Shown: piece after piece, positions 53,821-64,000 of the stretch
How positions within the stretch are numbered: the first letter of the stretch is position 1
Layout of the letters: the number at the start of each line of letters is the position of its first letter
Source: Octopus vulgaris
Taxonomy: Eukaryota
Reading direction: 5' to 3'
Length of the DNA: 64,000 nt
Assembly (NCBI GenBank): GCA_951406725.2
Contig: OX597816.1
Coordinates: 170,128,001 to 170,192,000 of the forward strand
Position numbers and translations under genes: made by a program
Notes under the pieces: model-generated
The model's input: only the letters and a program-made list of their open reading frames with translations
What the model was told of the DNA's origin: nothing
Database searches by the model: none

Positions 53821-54519
53821 TGACGTTTGTATAAATCGACAAAACTTGATTATTTCTAATATATGCACAATTGAGAAGAGAGCAGTGGATTAAAACGACC
53901 CAAGCATTTTATTAGCCTCGGAAGAATGAAAGAGAATTTTGACCTCGACAGGTTTTGAACTACGACCGCAGAAATCCGGAGCAAATATGGGAAGTAATTT
54001 TGCCAGGTTCTCAAACAATGTTGCTAATCCATCGATATAACGACGACGTCGACGACGACAACAACAGTTCTAATAATAATAATTATTACTAATTTTGACA
54101 CAAGCTCAGCGATTTTGAAGGGATTTGAACGTCGATTATATAGACCTCATTTCTCAACTGGTACTTACTATATTGACCGCAAAAGAATGAAAGACAAAGT
54201 CGACCTTGGCGATATTTGAACTCAAGACATAAAGAACAGGAATCAATGCCACTAAGTATTTTGTTCAACGCACTTATGAGTTAACTTTGGTGGCATTTGA
54301 ACTCAGTACGTAATGAAGCAACCATAATAACAATGCTTTCATTATTAGCTACCAAAGCTCACAACAACAATCGAAGGTATTACACATATTAATGTGGTTA
54401 AAACAGAAAATTTTGCGTGTAAATACAATATAAATAAAATCGATATGCTAACTACAAAATTTTTAAATAAGAAAAATTCCTCAATATAGAGAACTGAAAT
54501 AATCTTTCATGGAAATTCT

Positions 54520-54900
54520 TCGAAACCATGGTCATCCTAAGCACTAAGGTCTTCTGCCAGGACTCTTCCAATCTACACTTCAGAGCGGGTCTGTTCATTT
54601 TCATCATACACACTGGTCTCGTCTGTCATATAACATCCTCATCCAAACCTCTAGTCTCGGTCGCCTGCCCTTCCCGGCCATATAATAGAAGCAAGACAAT
54701 TTTTTACAATGTATTGAGTTGATATCTGCATCCTTCATACTGTTTCATACGTTTCTGACATAATTTCCCATGTCTGTAGAATTTATTTCGAACCTGCAAT
54801 GTCCCTTGACCAGGGATTTCGCGAAATTATCTTCAGCCGAAAAGTCCTTCGGAGCAGAGCAGTTAGTTGTTTTCCATTGAGACCCGTATTTTCCCCGAGA
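54520..54900 (-). mobile_element. Decayed RTE-like LINE 3' end
   Basis: Minus strand GRATETRGLDEDVI..T...ALKCRLEE; weak resemblance to the GRPxxxW..DR..W region. Confidence 0.4.
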
Positions 54901-55423
54901 AATTCGATGTATTTACCCCTAAACCTCAAAGGAACTGTAGCTGAGATGGTTATGCGCACGTTAAGTTGCGTGTGAATCATATAATAACACCAAGCAAACA
55001 TTTAATAGTAACATTTCACTGCACAAGTACTAATTAAGTTGATCATGGATTATAAATTTTCAACACAAGATCAATTCAATTGAAAGAATAAGTCTGTATC
55101 ATTCCTAATTAATTGATTACAAAAGCTCTGTACTGAAGTTTGCACAGACAGGAGAAAGTATTCACAGTCGATTCCCTTCGGCCAGTTTAATCATCATAGC
55201 CAAGCTGAGCTGACAGTCGTAAATCGACTACTACAAACACAGGAGACCATGTGCAGCAAATACGCAGATTAACATGCAATGTGAAAATTAGCACTGCAAA
55301 ATAGCATTGAAAGAAGAGTTCCAGAAGGATTTAGGTTTATCTATCCCGTGAAGTTTGGCTGCTGATTGACCAATAACTCATTGCTCACGTGAACAAACTG
55401 CTGTTATATCATGAATTTCTCAA

Positions 55424-55647
55424 AGGCGGTGAGCTGGCAGAAACGTTAGCACGCCGGGCGAAATGCGTAGGCGTATTTCGTCTGCCGTTACGTTCCGAGT
55501 TCAAATTCCGCCGAGTTCGACTTTGCCTTTCATCCTTTCGGCGTCGATAAATTAAGTACCAGTTACGCACTGGGGTCGATGTAATCGACTTAATCCGTTT
55601 GTCTGTCCTTGTTTGTTCTCTATGTTTAGCCCCTTGTGGGTAGTAAA
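55424..55647 (+). mobile_element. SINE family B, full length
   Basis: Homologous to 35063-35293. Confidence 0.9.
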
Positions 55648-55791
55648 CTTTATAATTCGAAACTCGATTTCCAGTCTTGGTACGGAACACACAGAACCTC
55701 GGGCTCTGCAAAAGCCAAACTAGCAATCTCTGATGAGTAGAGAGAGAGAGAGGGGGGAAGAGAGAGGAGAGAGAAAGAAAGACAGAGAAAG

Positions 55792-55830
<39 letters not shown>

Positions 55831-56992
55831 CGGAAAGAGAGAAATATTCAAGTTGATGGATATCAGTGTTAATGCTGTCTTTGTTGCCTTACTGATGCTC
55901 GAAGAGAAAGGAATATGAAAATAGCTGAGTTAGAGGGGTTGCCTTTCTTTCGAATGGGAAACTTTGAAAAGTGCTTCCAAATGTTGGGACACGTCTCCGT
56001 AGACAGTGAGAGGTTTATATATTTGGTGGTTGTAATTGGATGGATATTCTTAGATCCGGTGACCTTGTTTGTTTGAAGCAAGTGGATGTATTCCCACCAG
56101 GAGAGAGAACTGGATAAAGCAGGAAGGGGAGAGCTATATTAGGTTGGCAAACGGTGGGCAGAGTGTCGAACCGGTTGTAAATCGGGCAGATTAGGTAGAT
56201 GCTTTCTCAATATGCATACTACTTCCAGACCTATCGTTGTCAAGAAATCGAGGAGTTATGGATTTCACAAAGAAGACGAAGTTATTTTTTGGCAGGAAAC
56301 ATGAAAGATAGATTGCATTACGAAACTCTGTGTGATGTATACTTTGATATTGCAAGCAGCAATGAGATAATAAAAATTTATGCTGCTTATAACTTTGTGT
56401 TTATTATTTTCTCCATATTGCCTTCTATTTTTAATTTGTATAGAGTAAGTAAATAACTCTGTTTTCTACTGTTTTTGTCTCAAAAGTAACTTTCAAAAGT
56501 GACAGAAACTATATCGTTATACTGCTCAGAGCAAGATAAATCAAATCTGGAATTCTTAAAGATACTTTTTTTTAGCTAATGTAATGGATGACTGAGAAAA
56601 AGTGATTTCGTACTGAGAAGTCATATTTAATAGATCATTGTGCATTGTAGGAAAAAGTTAAAATTGCGTGACTTGACACGTTGAAATGATTTCTTATTAC
56701 TGGATGATACTATGTTAATTACTGGAAACTGACAATTTTTCATTTGTGTCTATAACGTCAGAAGAGTTACGATATGTAAGGCTACAGAGGCTGAATATTG
56801 TATAATCTAGCAAGCAGCTGTAGCACTGTTTATATCCTTCTTCCTGAATTTGTTATTGTAACTCTTTATCAGTGCCACTTAATGATAAAGTCGATGCTAA
56901 TTTTCCTTCTTAACAGTACTTAATTCACGAAATCAGTTGTTATTACCCAGTTGTTATTACCCTTCATATATCATACATCATATTTGCATATA

Positions 56993-58261
56993 CGAGGGAC
57001 GTTCAATAAGTAATGCCCCTGACCCACTTGCAGTTATTTGATCTAGCTGAAATTTTGCATGTGCAATTATTTATATCTCTATATATTAAGTGGCAAATTA
57101 CATCTCTGAACTAATTGTGGTTTCTGATTTACAGGTGTTTGAACTGAGTCAAGTGTGAAATGGAGCCTGTTGAGTGTCGAGCAGTGATCCGGTTTTTGTA
57201 TTTGAAAGGACGCACACCACTGGAGACTTTTGATGAAATGAAAGTAACTTATAGTGATGATGCCCCTTGTAAAACTCTGGCATCGTGAATTCAAACATGG
57301 TCGGAACTCTGTGGAAACAGCTCCCAGATCTGGTCGCCCCACTTCTGCCATTGATGAGGCATCTGTCCGTCAAGTTGAGGCTGCCATTTTGGAAGACCGA
57401 CGCATAACTATTCGCCAAATAGCCCATGAGGTCAAGATTAGTACCGGGTCTGTGGAAACTATCATTCATGACAATTTGTATATGCAAAAGGTGTCTGCCA
57501 GATGGATTCCCAGGTTGCTCACACCTTTCCAGAAGCAAGAACGCGCCGAGTACTCGAGGATGAATTTGGAGATGTGCCAAGAAGATGAGTCAAAAGTTTT
57601 CAAAAGACTGATTACACAGGATGAAACCTGGGTCCATCACTATGATCCAGAGACCAAAGCCCTGTCAATGCAGTGGAAGCACCGTGACTCACCTCCTCCA
57701 AAGAAGGCAAGGGTGTAGCCCTCTGCTGGCAAGGTCATGCTCACAGTCTTCTGGGACCAGGACGGAGTAGTGATGACTGATTTCCTGGCAAAGGGTACCA
57801 CAATTACAGGAGCCTATTATGCTTCACTTTTGAGGAAATTAAGAGAAGCTATCAAAATCAAGAGGCGGGGCAAGATCAGCAAAGGCATCCGCCTCCTGCA
57901 GGACAATGCTCCGGTCCACAACTCGCGTGTCGCCAGATCAGAAGCACAGACGTTCGGCTATGGACTTCTCGCCCATCCCCCCTACTCTCCTGACCTTTTC
58001 ACCTCTTCCCAGCCATGAAGTTGTTTTTGAAAGGAAAGCGTTTCCCAGATGATGCAGCCTTGATTTCTGAAGTCACGTTGAGGTTGGAGGAGCAAGCTGG
58101 GGTCTTCTACAGAAACGGTCTCCAGAGCTGCATCAAACGATGGGAGAAATGCGTAACTCTGGGTGGTTCTTATGTAGAAAAAGACTAATAACTGTGCCAG
58201 GTTTCGTTGCTCTACTCCTATAGGAAGTGGGCCAGGGGCATTACTTATTGAACGCCCCTCG
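56993..58261 (+). mobile_element. Near full-length mariner element (1269 bp)
   Basis: TIRs CGAGGGACGTTCAATAAGTAATGCCCCTGACCCACTT / AAGTGGGCCAGGGGCATTACTTATTGAACGCCCCTCG; TA TSD at 56991-56992 and 58262-58263. Confidence 0.97.
57160..58188 (+). pseudogene. Mariner transposase pseudogene
   Basis: MEPVECRAVIRFL..; ARWIPRLL; TQDETWVHHYDPE; LQDNAPVH; HPPYSPDL; frameshift near 57268, stop at 57716, deletion after YSPDL. Confidence 0.93.
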
Positions 58262-58562
58262 TATGTAAATAAGAATATATGCTGAATGCAGCTTTATTTA
58301 AACAGGATTAGCCCACAAGAAAGCGATTGACTACCTACCGATTCTAGAAGTGTTGTTTGGATCGAATTGCAATCACAAGACGCCTAGATTTGCCTTTTTC
58401 TTTATACATCGAAATCCATTAGCTGTAACTTTAAAGATCTCAGTGCGTTTCTCAAGGTTTATCCAGCACCGCATGTAGTGTTTCAAATATTTGCAATATT
58501 AGTGTATGAGCGTATATGTATTTATATATATGTGCGTGTATGTATGTATATATACGTATGTG

Positions 58563-58595
<33 letters not shown>

Positions 58596-58756
58596 GTGTA
58601 TATATTATTATTACGAATTTGGGATATGTACCAACAGATAACCAACTCCTATTTCAGGATAACCTCATGGTAAATAAAGTAAAGCAAAATAATTAATATA
58701 ACATAAAATAAAATTAGATAAATAAATATATCTTACCTGTTATTATTCTGTATGTA

Positions 58757-58851
<95 letters not shown>

Positions 58852-58854
<3 letters not shown>

Positions 58855-59000
58855 TCTTTGCTGTGTATCTTTCTGTCGAAGAGCGTAGGTTCGAAACGTA
58901 AAAGACTTGTTTTATTTATATTCCTGAGCGCCATACTAATACATTGTTTGTTTGTACTCCACCTGCCTTCGTCTTTTGTTTATTTTCGTAAACCTTCCCG

Positions 59001-59002
<2 letters not shown>
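58852..59002 (+). mobile_element. Hammerhead-bearing cassette related to family H, within (TA)n
   Basis: UCUUU-CUGUCGA-A-GAGC-GUAG-GUUC-GAAAC-GUA-AAAGA at 58868-58905; downstream CCTGAGCG..TAATA shared with the other copies. Confidence 0.7.
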
Positions 59003-59047
<45 letters not shown>

Positions 59048-59529
59048 TATGTGTATGTGTATCAGTTGTGTTTCAAATATACTCTGATCTGTGTGTATGT
59101 GTGTGTATATTTTTATTTATGAATTTAATGGCGTACATCTAGGTATAGTCATGTGTGAGCGACTGACAGTGAAGATCTTTTGTGATTGGGCGAATTTACT
59201 ATACTCCCAGGTGCCCCTGTGTCCATAGTACCCTTTTAAATCTTTCTGATGTCACAAAGTTGGAAGACAAATTTGATTTCCGTGATTGTCTATGTTTGTT
59301 ATTTGCCCATTTTAGACCACACCTACGTTTCCTTCGAATGCCCAACTTGAAAACTTTACTAGCTGAACTATGTAGGCTATGTCACTGGTCGACCGTTTAA
59401 CGTATGTCTGAAGATGTGGAATAATAATCTATAATCTTTAACGACCGCATTGAAAAAAAATTCTCCCGAAACGGGCTAACCCTAGTATTGACACACACAC
59501 ATACACACACAGATTATACATACATACCT

Positions 59530-59568
<39 letters not shown>

Positions 59569-60158
59569 CGTAAATCTTTTATCTATACTTTTAACCGTTT
59601 CAGTCATTTGACAGCGCACCTAGTGGGGCATTGCCTTGAAGAATTTTTAGTCGACTGAATCGAATCCAGTTCCTATTTTTATTCTTGTTTTGTGAAATCT
59701 GGCACTTGCTCGCTAGGTTTCTTTTTGAACGGACTCGAGACTATAGTAGAAGATAATTGCTGAACTCAGTGCGTTTTCTATTCCCTTATATTTACTCTCC
59801 GTATGAAATTATATAATTATCATTCGTATATATATACAAGCGTGTATGTATGTATGTATGTATGTATGTATGTATGTATGTATGTATGTATGTATGTGTG
59901 TATGTTTGTGTATGTGTTTGCCTTTGTGTATGAGTGTATAGGTTGATAGATATACATAAGTATATATATATGAGGATAGTTTTATAATTTCGTTAAACCG
60001 AAGAACAAAATGAAAATAAGACTGCCGCTGGAAGTGGTCAGGTGACACTGAGGCGAAAGGAGAAATAAATTGAAAGGTATAATGAATAAAAACAACTTCA
60101 ATCGGTCAAAACAACTTGTCTGCAATTAAACAATGTAATAACCAGAAATGTGAATTTT

Positions 60159-60250
60159 TCTCCTGATGAAAAGGTGTGTTACTGTTGGATTTCCTTAATG
60201 GATTGTACATTAACGATATGAAGCAGCATTGTTTGAAACGATCGTAGAGA
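60159..60250 (+). ncRNA. Minimal hammerhead ribozyme motif inside an inverted-repeat-bounded cassette
   Basis: UCUC-CUGAUGA-AAAGGUGUGUU...AGCAGCAUUGUUU-GAAA-CGAUCG-UA-GAGA; intact core and 4-bp stem I. Confidence 0.8.
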
Positions 60251-60809
60251 TGGGCTTCAAAGAACTCTGATCTGGATTCCTGACACTTTTTTTTTATACT
60301 TATACTATTGTATTTTTACATATCTATATTATTTTAGCTCCATTGCCATAAATTTTTAATCGCCTTTATTATGCATAAATTTATTCAATATTTAACATTT
60401 TTCGACTCCCTCGTATTACCAGTTTAGGCTTTATCATCTTTTATTCGTGTGTATGTGTATATTTTATACTACTGGGTTTTACCATTGGGTACCCTATTGT
60501 TTTGATATATATTTACATTCGATTTTTGATAATTTGGGAATGATATAAAGTTGTTTTGACCGATTTGAATGTTTATTCATTATACCTTTATATATGATTA
60601 TATATGCATATAAATAAATACACATGCACACAAATATATGTATACACACGCCTGCTTGTATATTAACCGTCACACATGCTGTGTCGCATTACCCTAGTTC
60701 CCCATTTTAGCCATTTTCTAAACCATTCTTCATCGCAACTAAAAATCTGCTGAAATCTCTGTCGAGAACATTAATTTTTTTCTTTACATCTGAGGAAGAT
60801 ATAACATGC

Positions 60810-61640
60810 GAGTATGTTATAACTTCCTCAAAAGTAACCAGAAACGTTCCCTGTGGGAAAAACCCGTTGTAGTTCAGGCTTTCACCGCAAGAAGTCACTC
60901 AATTCGGCCCTCGAGCGTCAGTTTGCCGACCGGTGTCATCTCTCGCTGTCTAACTGCCACGAGCTGCATCTTTGCTTTTGTGGTGCTTCTCTGTTCGTCG
61001 ATTTTTGCGATGGCTGAAACGAAGGACCAGTATGCTTCCATGGAATTCTGTTTTTTGCTGTGGAAAACGGCGACCAAAACAGTTGTCGGGCTTCACACAA
61101 CTTCAAAGAATGCTGTCATGAGCAAAACACTTTGGGAATGGTCACCTGTCGCTTCAGCACCAACTTCGTTCAGGACAACCGTCGAACTCCCGAACGAATG
61201 AAAACATCATGAATATTCATGAACTGATCCTAGAGGAACAAGATGACGAAGTTGTTGATATGATTTGCATGTCCTGGGGCTGCTGCTGACGAATTTTGAG
61301 CGACGAATTGTGGATGAAAAGAGTTGCAGCAAAATGTGTGCCTCGCTTGCATGTCGTGAACTGAAAGAACAGTTGGAAGTTGATCTGGATATTTTCCGAA
61401 TGACAAGATCTGGTGCTACTGAATTTGCAGATGTGGAAGAGGTGAAGAAAAAACGACAGAGGAGTTATAAAGCATCACTTCGAAAGAGTTGCAGCACTGC
61501 TTCGAGTAGTGGAAAACTCGCTTGGACCGATACATTGCTTCAAATGGAGAATAGTTTGAAGTCGTTAAACGTATAAACATGTAAAACTAAATGAATAAAA
61601 TAATGTTGCAAATTTCCGGTTTCTTTTGGGTACCCCCTCG
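60810..61640 (+). mobile_element. Decayed, deleted mariner
   Basis: MAETKDQYASMEFCFLLWKTATKT (HTH start); MKRVAAKCVPR; right TIR ...TTCCGGTTTCTTTTGGGTACCCCCTCG-TA. Confidence 0.75.
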
Positions 61641-62759
61641 TAGATCCAAGCTGAGCATCAATTGAGTTAATTGCGATAGTTTTCAAGAGTTAGCACAAGT
61701 AACGGACGTGCCATATCTTTTATGACAAAGTAACATAAAGCGTATGAAGTCAGGAGCTTACTTTTCTCTGGCTAAAGTTAACTGGATCTAATCCGAAATA
61801 TTGCTGATGGATGAATTATATTGTGTGTAGTTTTAGTAATAAAATATCTGTCTAGTTTCTAATCTGTATATCTGTAAAATAATGCACCATACTTTGTAAT
61901 CATTCCTGTCATCCTTTGTCGCTGATTTCATGTTATATGTTGTTGTTGGTATTTGTTGTTATAAGCTAGGTTGTGCTGCGTCAATACATACTTGTCAAAC
62001 GCGAACGTAATATGATTTATTGTTATATTTATTGTACATTTATTAAAATTTCTATTGGTGGTAGCTTCATTAAGTAAACGGTCAATTGCTTCATTAAGAC
62101 TGCCTTGAATTCTGCATATATGCTTGCTTGTTGAGAGGGAATATGTGCCGCCAATGAAAATTAATCTGCCTCTGTCTTTCCTTTGGCAAGAAATGATAAT
62201 GTGTGATCTGGAGTAGCTCTCAATCTCTGCGGTTGTTCTTGGCAGGCCTTCGTTCTAATACATCTGACACAAAGTGCCTCAGTGATGTTCATGAATCGAC
62301 ATGATATCACTGCGAGCCGATTGGCTGATAATTAGAACAGACTGCATGACACGAAGCAGATCTACTGGTGGTACGAGCCTGCAATTGAAAAATGTGAGGT
62401 TCGATTGTAGATCTCTATACATTTTTAATATTCAAATGTTTTTCCAGTGAAGAACAAACTCACAACTAGCATTACTTTGGCAGGACTTTGTGTCATTTCT
62501 GAAAATATAAGATGACCTTCAGTTGGAGTAATAACAGCGCCACTCACTGAACAAAAATATGTTCTGGTAAGTACACATTTGCATGAGTGTGTGCATAACG
62601 TGTGCAGAAGATATACTGATAGAGAGCTTGATAGCTAGCTAGTTAGATAGATAGATAAATAGATAGATAGATAGATAGATTGATAGATAGAAAGAAAGAC
62701 AGGGAGAGAGTCACAACGAGAGAGAGAGAGAGCAATGTATATTATAATTATGAATTATA

Positions 62760-62970
62760 ATACGGCAATCTTGTAGAATCATTAGCACGCCAGACAAAAT
62801 ACTTAGCGGCATTTCGTCCGTCTTTACATTCTAAGTTCAAATCCCCCCCCCCCGCTGGTCAGCTTCCTGTGGCCCCTTCAGGTCGATCATGTAAGTACCA
62901 GTCAAGTACTGGGTCGATGTAATCGACTAGCCCCCTCCAAAACTTAACGCCCTGTGGCTATAGTACGAAA
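62760..62970 (+). mobile_element. SINE family B, old copy
   Basis: TTAGCACGCC...TTAGCGGCATTTCG...GTTCAAATCC. Confidence 0.75.
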
Positions 62971-63180
62971 TATTATAACTTCAGTGAAAATAGAGAAAAT
63001 ATATTGCGCTTCAATGAATCAGTTATTGATTTGCCAACGTGCCTACTATCGATACCTGCGCGGCAAATGAAGGAAGGGCACTATAAAGAAAGGATTAGAG
63101 AAGAAGAAATCTGTCGAATTCAGAGACCTATCACTTAAACGTGCAATCCAAAATTACATCACGAAATGTGAAAGAATACT

Positions 63181-63590
63181 ATCTTTTTTTACTTTTTTTA
63201 CTTGTTTCACTCATTTGACTACTGCCATGCTGGAGCACCGCCTTTAGTCGAAGAAATCGACCCCAGGAATTTGTAAGCCTTGTACTTATTATATCGGTCT
63301 CTTGCCGAATAACTAATTTACGGGACGTAAACACACCAGTATCCGTTGTCAAGCGATGTTGGGGGGACAAACACAGACACACAAACGTATACACACGCAT
63401 ACATATATACATATATATACATATATATGACGGGCTTCTTTCAGTTTCCGTCTACCAAATCCACTCACAATGCTTTGGTCGGCCCGAGGCTATAGTAGAA
63501 GACACTTGCCCAAGGCGCCACGCAGTGAGACTGAACCCGGAGCCATGTGGTTGGTAAGCAAGCTACTTACCACACAGCCACTCCTACGCC
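63181..63590 (-). mobile_element. SINE family A
   Basis: Homologous to 2995-3465. Confidence 0.9.
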
Positions 63591-63639
63591 TTGATATGAA
63601 ATATATTAAAGAATACTGTTTATTTAGTCTTCAAATCAA

Positions 63640-63850
63640 AGGTGGAAAGCAGACATAATCGTTAGCACGTGGGACAAAAAGCTTAGCGGCATTTCGTTCA
63701 TCTTTACGTTCTGTGTTCAAATTACGTCGAGGTCGACTTTACCTTTCATTCTTTTGGGGTCGATAAAATAAGTACCAGTCGAGCACTGTGGTCGGTGAAA
63801 TCGATTCCCTCCTGCCCCAGAAATTCGTGATCTTATGCCAAAATTTGGAT
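63640..63850 (+). mobile_element. SINE family B, old copy
   Basis: GTTAGCACG...GTTCAAATTACGTCGAGGTCGACTTT. Confidence 0.75.
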
Positions 63851-64000
63851 TCATATTTGATATTCAAATCTAAAGCCAAAACATATTTCCAAAGTCACCA
63901 CAGAATTCTTTAAAATGTTCTGCTGGAAAAATAGCCTCAGTTAACAGTTTCAGAGACAAGAAGATGCATCACTTAGACGTACGAACGTTGGAAGCAAAGC

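Noticed and set aside
55870-56280. Possible decayed LINE fragment (also 44030-44860 and 62100-62400)
   Set aside because: Composition is suggestive but I could not read diagnostic motifs with confidence.
62448-62566. Possible exon (TTCCAG| ... CTG|GTAAGT)
   Set aside because: No frame open across it; such signals arise by chance in 64 kb.

Overview
AT-rich, microsatellite-dense eukaryotic DNA with no host gene I can support. The SINE families resemble those of Octopus/coleoid cephalopods (inference from recalled repeat sequences). The window is a layered set of mostly decayed mobile elements: three tRNA-derived SINE families (>20 copies), CR1/L2-, RTE- and R4-like LINE fragments, Penelope-like element (PLE) remnants (RT and GIY-YIG), about seven Tc1/mariner copies (one near full length), two non-autonomous Helitrons, a Gypsy LTR/gag relic with two nested insertions, an Academ(X)-like XPG-nuclease/Cys-rich transposon remnant, and a palindromic MITE carrying TTAGGG repeats. 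The most notable signal is about 9 clear and 3-4 degenerate minimal type I hammerhead ribozyme motifs (CUGANGA-stem II-GAAA-palindromic stem III). Some lie in PLE 3' ends. Most lie in short non-coding cassettes set in or next to (TA)n microsatellites, some with inverted end copies. Nearly all ORFs in the supplied track are microsatellite or SINE artefacts. All alignments and folds were done by eye.
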